Made by a program: the position numbers and the translations under genes. The notes beneath the pieces were generated by a model. The model was given only the letters and a program-made list of their open reading frames with translations, was not told the DNA's origin and ran no database searches. Positions 16,481 to 26,311 of a stretch of DNA of 64,000 nt are shown piece after piece (the stretch's first letter is position 1; each line of letters begins with the position of its first letter). This DNA is from Candidatus Saccharimonadota bacterium (GTDB taxonomy: Bacteria > Patescibacteriota > Saccharimonadia > Saccharimonadales > UBA10212): the NCBI GenBank assembly GCA_025934715.1, contig JAICWR010000002.1:152-64151 (forward strand), given 5' to 3'.

Positions 16481-18700
16481 TTATGCCGCTACGGCCTCAG
16501 CGGCTGGTTTAACCGGAGCCTTACCCTTTATCTCCACCTTATGCCTGGGGAAGCTGAAGCCAAAGGTGCTGCCTTTGCCTTCCTCGCTCTTAAAGATAAT
16601 CGAGCCTCCTTGGGCGACTATTACCTTCTTGGCCATAAATAGGCCTAACCCCGTGCCATCTGGCCGCATCTTCCTAGCATTCCCTGCTCTATAGAACTTG
16701 CTGAACAGATGGTGCTGCTCGGCTTTTGGTACTCCTAGGCCAGTGTCGGTCACGGTGTAAGTAACGGCACTATCTGTCAACCCCAGTTCCACCTCTATAC
16801 TGCCCTCCGCCGGGGTGTAATAGATGGCGTTATCTAAGAAGTTCATAATCACTTGGCGTATCTTGGTTTCATCTAGGCTAAGCATCGGGAATTTATCCGG
16901 CTTCTTAAGGGTTAATTTAAGCTTATGGTGCTCGGCTGTATCTGTCAGGAGTTTGACCTCTGATTCGACCATCTTGGCCAGATCAGTCGGCTTGTTTTCT
17001 ATCACAAACTTACCGCTCTGTAAGCGCGAGACATTCAAGAGGTCGGCTATCAGAAACACCATGCGTTCGGCGCTGTCGAAAGCCTGCTGGATCATCTGTT
17101 TCTCGTTCTTGTTGACTGGGCCGACATCGCCTTCTAAAACCATGCTCAGATAGCCCTTGATGGTCGTCAGTGGCGTACGCAACTGGTGGCTGGCCATGCT
17201 GATAAACTCATCCTTGGTCTGGTCGAGCTCTTTAAGCCGGTGGTTAGCGTGCCGCAGCTGCTTTGTGGCCTCCTCAATCCTTTCCTGCAGCGTGATGTTG
17301 AAATGCTGAATCTCCTCGAACCGCAAGGCATTCTGAATAGCGATTACAAGCTCGTCAGCAATAATCCCCATCACGGTAATGTCTTGAGGCGAATATAAAC
17401 CCCCGCTACGTTTTTGGCCAAGCAATATAAATCCAGGGTGTTGTACATGTCCAGATACCCTGCCTTCTAGTTTCACTAAGCCGGCGACATTTGCATCGTG
17501 CATCAGACCGCTTAGGTGCCGCTTCGAACTATCCAGGTCTTCAGCTATTACGACTTTCCCCTTTACATGTTCTGAAGCTGTGGTCAGCTGCTTAAGCAAA
17601 CCTTCATCAATCCGCGCCGGCCGTGTCCCGGCGAGCCGGTAGGCCTGTGAACCGGTTTCCTTAATTACAAAACCGCAGAACTCTGCCTTGAGCGTATCTC
17701 TTATAACCTCAGAGCTTTGGTCAAGGATGGCATCAAGGTCGATGGTTGTAACTAGTGATCTATTAAGGGTGTTTAGCAATCCCTCAGAGTCATAGGCATC
17801 CCTGTAAAAAATCTTGGTCGTGGCCCTATCAAAAAAAGATTTAAGAGGATTATAGCCAATCGCCAAAGCCACGACTACCACAGCGTCAAATAGCTGCTGG
17901 GAGCCCTTGGAAAGACTGTAATTGTCGGCGATCACGGAAATTAGATACACCAGCAAAAGTGTGACAGCAACGATTGAGCCAAGAGAGAATAGGTATGCCG
18001 CTGACCTGGCAACGACCGCCCTTATGTCGAAAAAGCCGTGCTTGGTAATTGCATAAGCTACGAATAATGAAAAAATAAACAATGAAAAGCTGCCGAATAA
18101 AATCGCTCGAGTATTGACATTCAAAACAGTCAAAACTATCCCTGTAACGATGTTAACTGCTGCGACGATTGACAGGCCAAATAACAGCAATTTAATCTGG
18201 TTTTTCTCCCGGGGAGTAGACCGCCTAAATTTAAAGAGCAACATTATTGTGCCAGCTAGGATATAGAGGAGCCCTACTCCATCCGAAAGATTATAGAGAG
18301 GGCCGATATCTTGGGGATGAGCCCCATAACTCTCGATAGATACAGATGAGACTGTCAAAGAAGTGAAGGATAGTAGAGCGATAACCACTAAGGGCACTGA
18401 ATAAAGAATCTGTCTTGTGACGTTTACTTTAGTATCAAACGGAAAAACTAAAGCAAAATAGTAGAAGAATAGAAAAACCAAGGCCCCAAAAAACAGAGCA
18501 ATCCGTAAAAACCAGAGAGAATGGCTCGTGCTTTGGGACGCGTCCGCGCCAAACAAGAATAAGAGCCAAAGGGCTGCCAGAAAGTTTAGTGCCGCGAACA
18601 CTTGATTCCTAAGCTTCCGGGAGTTATTGAGTAAAATAAACAGACCAACTATAGATAAACCAATGATGGACGGAATGTAGGAGATAACCTTTAATAACAT
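16481..18700 (-). CDS. Sensor histidine kinase with a multi-TM N-terminal domain, a central sensor domain and HisKA-HATPase_c
   Basis: About 8 predicted TM helices in the first 300 aa; H-box 'FISMASHQLRTPLTTIKGYLSMV'; ATPase N/G boxes 'FLDNAIYYT... TDTGLGVPKAEQHHLFSKFYRAGN... GTGLGLFMAKKVIVAQGGSI'. Confidence 0.85.
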   Translation of the reverse strand: MLLKVISYIPSIIGLSIVGLFILLNNSRKLRNQVFAALNFLAALWLLFLFGADASQSTSHSLWFLRIALFFGALVFLFFYYFALVFPFDTKVNVTRQILYSVPLVVIALLSFTSLTVSSVSIESYGAHPQDIGPLYNLSDGVGLLYILAGTIMLLFKFRRSTPREKNQIKLLLFGLSIVAAVNIVTGIVLTVLNVNTRAILFGSFSLFIFSLFVAYAITKHGFFDIRAVVARSAAYLFSLGSIVAVTLLLVYLISVIADNYSLSKGSQQLFDAVVVVALAIGYNPLKSFFDRATTKIFYRDAYDSEGLLNTLNRSLVTTIDLDAILDQSSEVIRDTLKAEFCGFVIKETGSQAYRLAGTRPARIDEGLLKQLTTASEHVKGKVVIAEDLDSSKRHLSGLMHDANVAGLVKLEGRVSGHVQHPGFILLGQKRSGGLYSPQDITVMGIIADELVIAIQNALRFEEIQHFNITLQERIEEATKQLRHANHRLKELDQTKDEFISMASHQLRTPLTTIKGYLSMVLEGDVGPVNKNEKQMIQQAFDSAERMVFLIADLLNVSRLQSGKFVIENKPTDLAKMVESEVKLLTDTAEHHKLKLTLKKPDKFPMLSLDETKIRQVIMNFLDNAIYYTPAEGSIEVELGLTDSAVTYTVTDTGLGVPKAEQHHLFSKFYRAGNARKMRPDGTGLGLFMAKKVIVAQGGSIIFKSEEGKGSTFGFSFPRHKVEIKGKAPVKPAAEAVAA

Positions 18701-18748
18701 CTATAAACTTCTAGTAAAATACTAGCATAAGAGTTACAGCGCACGAGA

Positions 18749-19642
18749 ATGATTCCCAGTTATCCTGAATTCGATAAGCTTGAATTAAAGCATAAAGAAG
18801 CCGTTGAGAGTTTCACCGGCCAGTTTGAGCCTTATTCCGACTTCAACTTCATAAGCCTCTACTGTTGGGATATCGACGGGTCGGTTACTTTAAGTAACCT
18901 CAACGGCAACCTGGTCATCCAGCTACCGGATTATCTTACCGGCAGGTCTGTCCACTCAATTATTGGGAACCGGGAGATCGATATTACTTTGACCGGGCTA
19001 GTACAAGATGTTGGTGATTTGAAGCTGGTGCCTGAGCCAGTAATAATCAGCCTCGTTCAGAATGAGTCCTTTGATATTCATGAAGACCCGGATAATTTCG
19101 ACTACATTTTTTCTGTCCAGAAACTGGCGGAACTTTCTAAAGCTGAATTCAACGAGAAGGGGAAAAAGGCCAACCGCTTTGCCCGGAAATATATCGACAA
19201 ATATCAAGTATTTCAAGTAACTAGCCACGATGAATCTACCACCAAAATGGTGAATTATGTCATGGACTGGTGGAAGGAAGTTAAAAACCGGCCCGACCAT
19301 GAGTCTCAAGCTGAGAGGGAAGCAATCTTTAGATTGCTGCAGCTGCATTCTGACTTCAATTTACTGACACATATTCTAACGGTGGAGAATGTGCCTATCG
19401 GCTTCAGCGTCCATGAGCTGCTTAACAATGGCTTTGCGATAAGCCATTTTCATAAAACCCTTCCGGTTTATAAGCACGCTGATGTTTTTCTTAATCGTCA
19501 CATAGCCACGGACTTGCTTCAAAAAGGATGCAAGACGGTGAATTGGGAACAGGATTTGGGCATCGAAGGGCTCAAGCGGTCAAAGATGTCTTACCACCCG
19601 GATGGCTTCCTGAAAAAATATACTGTGAAACGGGTTAATTAG
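18749..19642 (+). CDS. Hypothetical protein, possibly DUF2156/MprF-C-terminal-like (aminoacyl-tRNA-dependent transferase fold)
   Basis: 297 aa, soluble; the 'FNFISLYCWDIDGSVTLSNLNGNLVIQLPDY' pattern loosely parallels the start of the C-terminal domain of the MprF homolog at 27071..29299. Assignment is tentative. Confidence 0.35.
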   Translation: MIPSYPEFDKLELKHKEAVESFTGQFEPYSDFNFISLYCWDIDGSVTLSNLNGNLVIQLPDYLTGRSVHSIIGNREIDITLTGLVQDVGDLKLVPEPVIISLVQNESFDIHEDPDNFDYIFSVQKLAELSKAEFNEKGKKANRFARKYIDKYQVFQVTSHDESTTKMVNYVMDWWKEVKNRPDHESQAEREAIFRLLQLHSDFNLLTHILTVENVPIGFSVHELLNNGFAISHFHKTLPVYKHADVFLNRHIATDLLQKGCKTVNWEQDLGIEGLKRSKMSYHPDGFLKKYTVKRVN

Positions 19643-20858
19643 TTTTTCTCAAAGCTCTGTAAATAGTAGTTGAAACGGGGGCCTCTAAGCCTGATACGGC
19701 TCCGTGCTCACCGTTATTTATAGCTCTTTTAACGATCCGGGGAATGTACCGGCTGCTAATCTGGGTGCACTCAAATGTCAGCATGGCGTTTGAGCCGCGT
19801 TTGTTATAGAGCTTCATGGCGAAATCCACTAAGAGACCGCTATAACTGCTACCCTTTCTTGATTCATCGGATACGATTCCCGGGAACATCACCACGTTGT
19901 CGGTGGCTACATAATCAGCGTATTCCCTTTCGTAGTAGGCTTTATTGAACCATGGGGAAGTTTCAAAATCATGATTGAAAAAGCATAGTGATACCACGTC
20001 GCCATTATCACGGAAAACTATCTTAGCCACTTGCGGGCTTTGCATGAACTCTTTTAGGCTGTGTTTGTCAAAGCCGGCGGGAGATGGGTCGTTTTCTCCC
20101 AATCTGGAGAATTGTTTATCATACATTTCCCAGATGCTGTCTACTTCATCATCCGAAAATACGTCTACCATCGCAAGACCGTTTAGTTCGTCTATTGTTA
20201 TCTCGCCGTTATTAACCGACTCTTGATATACGTCAAATAGCCGCTGCGCCGGCTTAATTTCGGCCGCGTTTTTAAAATCTACTTTACCGGTGAAGGCATT
20301 ATTCTGATTTTGAACGCCGTCGACGCCCAAAGTATCAAGCGCATAGCCCTCGCCCAGCTGTAAGACGCTGAGGCTCTCCGGTTTGGATACATACTGGTCG
20401 GTTATAATTATCGCTCCGGAATCTATTACCTCTTTGACCTTGGTCCTAAGCTTTTCCATTTGTTGAGAGTCAGTAGGCAACGGCGGGTGTATATAACTAT
20501 AAAACTTCTTATCTCGGCCATAAGCCCGGCCTAAAACATCCTCGTCATACCATTCCAAAGATTCGGCGGGTACTAGCAGCGGCATTGGCAATTCTTGCCC
20601 ATCCTCTGATTGGTACGGGAAGGATATTGTTTCGGGGTTAGCTATGGCGTTTTCAAGGTCCTCGCCAAATAGTCCCAACCTTATAGTTTCGTCATTCGCA
20701 TCGTGATAGGCCATGTAGCTATCGGCTGTTTTTTTAATTAGCTCCTCTGTAAGTTCTATGAAACCTTCTTGCGAGTCACTCTTATGGGCGTTTTCAACAA
20801 TCTCCATGCTTGGTAGTGATTGTTCTGGATTGGGCTTGTATGTTTCTTGGTCAGCCAT
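19635..20858 (-). CDS. Hypothetical protein with a C-terminal GNAT-like segment
   Basis: 407 aa; the C-terminal 'VVMFPGIVSDESRKGSSYSGLLVDFAMKLYNK' resembles GNAT motif A; the N-terminal domain is unknown. Confidence 0.35.
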   Translation of the reverse strand: MADQETYKPNPEQSLPSMEIVENAHKSDSQEGFIELTEELIKKTADSYMAYHDANDETIRLGLFGEDLENAIANPETISFPYQSEDGQELPMPLLVPAESLEWYDEDVLGRAYGRDKKFYSYIHPPLPTDSQQMEKLRTKVKEVIDSGAIIITDQYVSKPESLSVLQLGEGYALDTLGVDGVQNQNNAFTGKVDFKNAAEIKPAQRLFDVYQESVNNGEITIDELNGLAMVDVFSDDEVDSIWEMYDKQFSRLGENDPSPAGFDKHSLKEFMQSPQVAKIVFRDNGDVVSLCFFNHDFETSPWFNKAYYEREYADYVATDNVVMFPGIVSDESRKGSSYSGLLVDFAMKLYNKRGSNAMLTFECTQISSRYIPRIVKRAINNGEHGAVSGLEAPVSTTIYRALRKTN

Positions 20859-20865
20859 AGAAGTA

Positions 20866-21366
20866 TTAGCGGGCTCCCTTTCGGAGAGGAAAGTTACCCC
20901 ATTTAGTCGCTTGATAAACCGCGATGACTAAAGCGCAGACCGGGTCGTGGGTGCAAGTACGGCCGGCAACTTCCATTTGGATCTCACCAAAATCTATGTT
21001 CCTCGTGCCCATCATGGCTTCCAGGCTAGCCTTTATGTCCCGGCGGACGGTGGCTTCATTATTGCCTTCGTGTTCAACGAACAAACCCTTGCCGGTTTTT
21101 TTATCCTGGACCCAACCAATCCCGGCCCAGGCCTCCTTGTTTGGTGTATCCACTCTCATATCGGCCATTACAACGTACAGCCTGTCGCCCCACTTTCCCT
21201 GTCGTTCCTTAATAGGTTTACTGATGGCTACATTAGAGCCGGCCGGAATTATAGAGCTTAATCTGATAAGGTTGTAGTTCTCTACCCCGGCTTCGTGGAG
21301 AGCCGCATCAAAAGCCGCCAATTTAGTATGGGCTTTACCGGTACCGGAACTGATTTGAATTTTCAT
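20866..21366 (-). CDS. pdaD: Pyruvoyl-dependent arginine decarboxylase
   Basis: 'MKIQISSGTGKAHTKLAAFDAALHEAGVENYNLIRLSSIIPAGS' closely matches archaeal PdaD ([27 protein letters not shown]), including the Ser-Ser self-cleavage site. Start placed at MKIQ. Confidence 0.8.
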   Translation of the reverse strand: MKIQISSGTGKAHTKLAAFDAALHEAGVENYNLIRLSSIIPAGSNVAISKPIKERQGKWGDRLYVVMADMRVDTPNKEAWAGIGWVQDKKTGKGLFVEHEGNNEATVRRDIKASLEAMMGTRNIDFGEIQMEVAGRTCTHDPVCALVIAVYQATKWGNFPLRKGAR

Positions 21367-21520
21367 AGATGATTTTGGTTTTGGCGAATAACTGCTTAAT
21401 AATATATACCTTCGACCGCTACGCGCCAAACCTTACTTACCTTACTCTATATATTTAACCATAAACATATCTATACGTCAATATTAGACCTACTGGGGCT
21501 AGGAGTGTAATATTTAGCTA

Positions 21521-21925
21521 GTGGTTAAGATCGCGATTATTGAGGATGAGGCGGCCATTGCCGCGATGTATGAGACCGAGCTGCAGAACGCCGGCTTTGA
21601 GGTTGGCGTGGCCAGCAATGGCAAACTTGGTTTAGAGCTCTGCGAGAAACTCAAGCCAGATTTGGTTTTGCTTGACATCATGATGCCAGAGATGGACGGC
21701 AAGCAAATGCTTGAGAAAATGCGGACGACCGAATGGGGCAAGCATACCCTTGTGATTGTCCTAACCAACCTGGGCCAGCACGAAGCCCAGATGAGCATGG
21801 GCGACAACAAGTTTGACGGCTACGCCGTCAAAGCGTATTACACGCCCAAGCAAATCCGTGACCGCGTGGTTGAGCTGCTCAAGGAGAATGACAAGCTGCC
21901 CAAAGAGTGGACGCCTAAATCCTAA
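21521..21925 (+). CDS. Single-domain response regulator (CheY-like receiver)
   Basis: Receiver motifs: 'IAIIEDE', 'PDLVLLDIMMPEMDG', 'VIVLTN', 'DGYAVKAY'. Confidence 0.8.
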   Translation: MVKIAIIEDEAAIAAMYETELQNAGFEVGVASNGKLGLELCEKLKPDLVLLDIMMPEMDGKQMLEKMRTTEWGKHTLVIVLTNLGQHEAQMSMGDNKFDGYAVKAYYTPKQIRDRVVELLKENDKLPKEWTPKS

Positions 21926-21943
21926 AGTTGTAAGATTTAGGCA

Positions 21944-22315
21944 ATGGCCAAGATAGCGATCGTAGAAGATGATCTGGCAATTGCCCAGATGTACCGCCTT
22001 AAATTCGAGGCGCTGGGCCACCATGTGGAAATCGCCGAAAATGGCAAGCTGGGATTAGAGCTTTGCGAGAGGCTCAAGCCCGATTTGCTGCTACTTGACC
22101 TGATGATGCCGGAGATGAACGGCGATGAGATGCTGGAGAAAATGCGGGCTACGGAGTGGGGCAAAGGCATCAAGGTTATTATTCTAACCAATGTCGGCGA
22201 GCAAGAAGCACCGGAAAAACTCAAATCCCTGCACGTGCGCGATTACATCGTAAAGGCCGAAATGACACCCTCCCAAGTTGCGGAGGTCGCCAAAAAAGAA
22301 CTCGAAGCCGCCTAA
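21944..22315 (+). CDS. Single-domain response regulator (CheY-like receiver), tandem paralog
   Basis: 'IAIVEDD', 'PDLLLLDLMMPEMNG', 'VIILTN', 'DYIVKA'; about 55% identical to the preceding gene. Confidence 0.8.
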   Translation: MAKIAIVEDDLAIAQMYRLKFEALGHHVEIAENGKLGLELCERLKPDLLLLDLMMPEMNGDEMLEKMRATEWGKGIKVIILTNVGEQEAPEKLKSLHVRDYIVKAEMTPSQVAEVAKKELEAA

Positions 22316-22320
22316 ATTTT

Positions 22321-23682
22321 ATGAAGATTGGAATCGTCGGCTGGGGACTGGAAGCCCAAAGCGCCCACCGGTTTTTTGGACCAGAGCACGAATATTTGAT
22401 TGTGAATGAGTCTAAGCAGGCTGGCTTCCCCGCCCAAACAGATAAAGTGCAGGTGCAGTATTTAGAGAAAGAAGCGCCGGCCGGCATCGGCGGACAGGTC
22501 CAGGACCTTAGTTATTTAAAGGGTGTGGAAAATTGCGACAAAATCGTATATCAGCCCACGGCTTACTTCAACTTAAAGAAAGCCTACGCTGATAATGCTG
22601 AGTTTTGGACCAAAGCCACCACTGTTTACGACATCTTCTTTGAAAACTGCCCGACAAAAAATATCATCGGCGTCACCGGCACCAAAGGCAAAGGCACGAC
22701 TTCCACGCTAATCACTAAACTCTTAGAAGCCGCCGGCAAAACCGCCCACCTCGGTGGTAATATCGGTACGCCTATCCTGGACATATTGCCGAACGTTAAG
22801 GAGGATGACTGGGTGGTTTGGGAGCTGGCTAATTTCCAGCTTAAGGCCGCATCTCATAGCCCCCGTATAGCTGTCTGCCTGATGATCACAACCGAGCACC
22901 TGGACTGGCACCCGAATTTTGAAGATTATATCGACTCTAAGGCTAACCTGTTCCGGCACCAAGCGGCCACTGATACCGCCATTTATTTTGCCGACAACGA
23001 ATATTCCAAAAAGATCGCTGGATTTTCGCCTGGAAAACAAGTTCCCTATTTTGCTGCCCCTGGAGCACGGGTGAAACAAGATGGAAAGATTGTCATCGGC
23101 CAAGAAGAGACCATCATAATACCAAAAGCAGACGTCAAACTACCCGGAGAGCATAACCTCCAAAACATCTGTGCGGCTTGTACGGCCGTTTTTGAGGCCA
23201 TAGGAAGCCTTGACAATGCTAGGACAGTATTATCTAGCTTTAGCGGCTTAGAACACCGCCTGGAGCTTGTACGTGAGCTAGACGGGGCTAAATATTACGA
23301 TGATTCGTTCGCCACGACTCCCGAAGCGGTGATTGTCGCTTTGAGGGCGGTGACCAGGCCGGTGGTGTTGATATTGGGGGGCCACGACAAAGGACTTGAT
23401 TATAAAGGGCTGGTCGACGAGATTGCCAGTAGAGGCCAGGTGCATCATGTGGTGACCATTGGCGAAATCGGCCCTAAGCTGGCCCAGAGCCTACGCGAAA
23501 AAGGCTTCACGGCTATCACGGAAGACGGTAAGTCAATGAAAGAAATCATCATCGAGGCCCGCTCCTGGGCCCGTACAGGCGATGCCGTTTTGCTTTCCTG
23601 CGGCACTTCCAGCTTTGGAATGTTCAAAGATTATAAAGACCGGGGCGACCAGTTTAAGCAAGCCGTCCTAGCACTCTCTTAA
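22321..23682 (+). CDS. murD: UDP-N-acetylmuramoylalanine--D-glutamate ligase
   Basis: 'MKIGIVGWGLEAQSAHRFF' start, P-loop 'GVTGTKGKGTTSTLITKLL', Mur ligase middle and C-terminal motifs. ATG at 22321; the ORF-track 5' extension is read-through. Confidence 0.85.
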   Translation: MKIGIVGWGLEAQSAHRFFGPEHEYLIVNESKQAGFPAQTDKVQVQYLEKEAPAGIGGQVQDLSYLKGVENCDKIVYQPTAYFNLKKAYADNAEFWTKATTVYDIFFENCPTKNIIGVTGTKGKGTTSTLITKLLEAAGKTAHLGGNIGTPILDILPNVKEDDWVVWELANFQLKAASHSPRIAVCLMITTEHLDWHPNFEDYIDSKANLFRHQAATDTAIYFADNEYSKKIAGFSPGKQVPYFAAPGARVKQDGKIVIGQEETIIIPKADVKLPGEHNLQNICAACTAVFEAIGSLDNARTVLSSFSGLEHRLELVRELDGAKYYDDSFATTPEAVIVALRAVTRPVVLILGGHDKGLDYKGLVDEIASRGQVHHVVTIGEIGPKLAQSLREKGFTAITEDGKSMKEIIIEARSWARTGDAVLLSCGTSSFGMFKDYKDRGDQFKQAVLALS

Positions 23683-24313
23683 GCTGTTCGATTACTGGCT
23701 TCTCAGGTTGGATAATTTTCGCTCTGCCTTTAGCGATATCTTTGATAATTTCTTCAATCCAGTGGTAATGAGTACAGCCAAGAACAATTACGTCTGCGCC
23801 CTGCTTGATTGCCTGATTGGTTATTTTTGCAACTTTATCGCGCTCAACACTGTCATTTTCAATCATCATCGCCCAATCGCTGCAATCAGGCTCTAAAACA
23901 ACCATGCCTTTAGTGAATTCTTGTTTCAGCCACTTATAGCGCTTACTGGCAAGTGTTCGTGGAGTAGCGCAGACTGCTATGGTTTTTGATTTAGTCATCA
24001 CGGCCGCTGCCCTAACTGCCGGTTCCAAGCCGACCATAGGCAGCTTAAACTCATGGCGTAATTCAGTTATCAAGTTTGTAGTTACAGTATTACAGGCAAT
24101 TACTATCGCCTGGCAACCTTCGTCTACAAACTCCTGAAAAATCGGTCTGACAAAACCATGGATTTCATTAACGTCACGTAGGCCATACGGCACATGTTTT
24201 TTGTCATCCTTATAAACAATTTCCAGATCTGGTAACTCATTTTGAATTGCTTTTACTACGGATAAGCCGCCGATGCCGCTGTCGAAAACGCCTATCTTGT
24301 GTTTATTAGCCAT
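23654..24313 (-). CDS. murI: Glutamate racemase
   Basis: 'IGVFDSGIGGLSVVKAI', 'IVIACNT', 'VLGCTHY' motifs. Confidence 0.85.
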   Translation of the reverse strand: MANKHKIGVFDSGIGGLSVVKAIQNELPDLEIVYKDDKKHVPYGLRDVNEIHGFVRPIFQEFVDEGCQAIVIACNTVTTNLITELRHEFKLPMVGLEPAVRAAAVMTKSKTIAVCATPRTLASKRYKWLKQEFTKGMVVLEPDCSDWAMMIENDSVERDKVAKITNQAIKQGADVIVLGCTHYHWIEEIIKDIAKGRAKIIQPEKPVIEQLKRVLGRLA

Positions 24314-24845
24314 CTTCTTTGAGGGGAACAAAGGAGTCGATTACAGAAACAAGCGGGAGATCAGGTTCTGTTAAGAACGGGCTGCGATTCCATATGACGC
24401 CAGCTGCCACCACCTTGTCGGTAAGCTCGGCATGGCCTATTACTTTTTTAATACTGCTACCGGTAGTGAAAACATCGTCAATAATCGCGATCCGCTCAGC
24501 TTGCAAAGCGTTCCCTCTATCTGTTGCACTGGCGAACGTAAGCCTCCCGTGTTGTTTGTCCCTCCATCTTAATCTGGCAGTTTTAGTCTTTAAGTGCAAC
24601 GATACTTCGCTCCCCCAGCGGTTTGCTCCAGCTGGCACCGGAATAATTAAATCGGGTTTGTATACGGAAAGGCGGATAGCTAGTATGCCGGCGATTTCAG
24701 CCGCCAGCTGCGGATCGAGTCTAGGCACTTTTTCAAGGTTTATTTTGCGATTGGCAAGGAGGCCTGCTGCCGTGATAAATGGGCTACTTTCAATAACCTC
24801 AAGCCCACGGAGACGGCTCTCAAAATTAAAGGTGGAGTCAGCCAT
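24306..24845 (-). CDS. Phosphoribosyltransferase-domain protein (ComF/PRTase-like)
   Basis: PRPP-binding motif 'IAIIDDVFTTGSS'; the substrate cannot be resolved. Confidence 0.55.
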   Translation of the reverse strand: MADSTFNFESRLRGLEVIESSPFITAAGLLANRKINLEKVPRLDPQLAAEIAGILAIRLSVYKPDLIIPVPAGANRWGSEVSLHLKTKTARLRWRDKQHGRLTFASATDRGNALQAERIAIIDDVFTTGSSIKKVIGHAELTDKVVAAGVIWNRSPFLTEPDLPLVSVIDSFVPLKEDG

Positions 24846-25647
24846 TATTATGCCGTATTTCAGAGGCGCGGATGACGTTTTCGAATAAAGCACACACGGT
24901 CAGCGGTCCGACGCCGCCTTTTTCCGGTGTGATGGTCAAATCATCGCGTTCATAAACTTCCGGCGCCAAATCGCCGACCGTTTTGCCTTCTTCGCTGGCC
25001 ACGCCGGCGTCGACTACGACAGCGCCTTGCTTAATCATATCCGGATATAAAATCGCCGGGCTGCCGGTGGCGGTGATGATAATATCCGCCGCTTTGGTTT
25101 TATCGGCCAAGTCTGGGATCTCCCGATCGATTACTTCAACCTGGTAGCCGGAATCTTTAAGGATTTTTTCCAGCGGGGCGCCGACCAGTTTACCCCGGCC
25201 GATGAGCAGGATTTTCTTGCCGGTCAGCTCGATGTTGTAGCCGCTCAGCAGCCACATGATGGCCATCGGGGTGGCCGGCTCGAACTTCGATTTTTGGCCC
25301 AGCGCGTCCACGTCCTTTTTAGGATTCACCAAATTGACGATCTCATCTGTCTGCGATGTGTCCTCCAGGGGCAGCTGCACTATAATTCCATGAACGGAGC
25401 TTTCTTGACTTAACTCCTTAAGCAATTCGGGTACTTTACTCTGCTTAACTTTATGGACTCCCACTTCAGCGCCGATATCCGAGCCATACTGCTGTTTTAG
25501 TCTCACATAAGTATTTATCGCTGGGTCATCCTTCGCCTGGATAATCTCCAACTTTGGCTGGACACCGTGCGAATGCAGCTGCCTGACCTGCTTGGCATGT
25601 CGTTCTTTAATGAAGCCCGCCAGTTCTTGGCCATTCAATATTTTCAT
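24838..25647 (-). CDS. folD: Bifunctional 5,10-methylene-THF dehydrogenase / methenyl-THF cyclohydrolase
   Basis: 'MKILNGQELAGFIKERH', 'VGDLAPEV'... 'TGSPAILYPDMIKQGAVVVDAG', 'GGVGPLTV'. Confidence 0.85.
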   Translation of the reverse strand: MKILNGQELAGFIKERHAKQVRQLHSHGVQPKLEIIQAKDDPAINTYVRLKQQYGSDIGAEVGVHKVKQSKVPELLKELSQESSVHGIIVQLPLEDTSQTDEIVNLVNPKKDVDALGQKSKFEPATPMAIMWLLSGYNIELTGKKILLIGRGKLVGAPLEKILKDSGYQVEVIDREIPDLADKTKAADIIITATGSPAILYPDMIKQGAVVVDAGVASEEGKTVGDLAPEVYERDDLTITPEKGGVGPLTVCALFENVIRASEIRHNNG

Positions 25648-25712
25648 ACTCTGGTAATTTTACCTCAATCGATTGCAAAAACAGAGGTCGTTTGCTAAAG
25701 TTACGCTGTTAC

Positions 25713-25789
25713 GGGCCATTAGCTCAGTTGGTTAGAGCAGCGGCCTCTTAAGCCGCGTGTCGTGGGTTCGAGTCCCACATGGCCCTCCA
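25713..25789 (+). tRNA. tRNA-Lys (anticodon CTT)
   Basis: GGGCCATTAGCTCAGTTGGTTAGAGCAGCGGCCTCTTAAGCCGCGTGTCGTGGGTTCGAGTCCCACATGGCCCTCCA; cloverleaf with anticodon loop CTCTTAA. Confidence 0.85.
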
Positions 25790-25826
25790 AAGTTCCGGCA
25801 AACGCCGGAATTTTTTATTATATAAA

Positions 25827-26301
25827 GATGGCTAAGGAAGAGTTGCGGGATAAGTACCGGTCAGTGCGGCTAAGGATGGACAGCCGCGACGTTGAAAAGT
25901 ACAGTCTGCGAATCTGCCGGAAACTATACCGAGAAATTGGCTGGGACAGGATTCAAAAAATCTGTTCGTATGAGCCAATTGCCGAATTGAAAGAAGTTAA
26001 TGTTTTGCCATTACTTGAAACTGTCAAGTACAAGTATCCAAACACCATAATCAAGTTAGTTGGCATGTCCAGAAAATCGAAGACGCCAAAAATGAAGTTT
26101 GACCTGATTTTGGTGCCGGTCTTGGCCTATGACAAACAGAATTACCGGCTGGGCTGGGGCGGCGGCTGGTATGACCGGTTCCTTGCAGAGCAGTCCCAGG
26201 CGCAGAAAGTCGGCGTCGCCTTTAAAAACGGCTTCGTAAAAAACAGTTTGCTCTTGGAACCGTACGATATCGCGCTCGATAAAATCATTACCGAAGTGTA
26301 G
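25827..26301 (+). CDS. 5-formyltetrahydrofolate cyclo-ligase
   Basis: 'VPVLAYDKQNYRLGWGGGWYDRFL' is the MTHFS/5-FCL signature. Start at MAKEEL (ATG 25827), just after tRNA-Lys. Confidence 0.8.
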
Positions 26302-26311
26302 TCTATCTCTT

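Noticed and set aside
22156-22320. 5' extension of the murD ORF (MGQRHQGYYSNQ...)
   Set aside because: It overlaps the 3' end of the second receiver gene in another frame and has an Arg-rich junk composition. MurD begins at the ATG at 22321 with the conserved MKIGIVGWG start.
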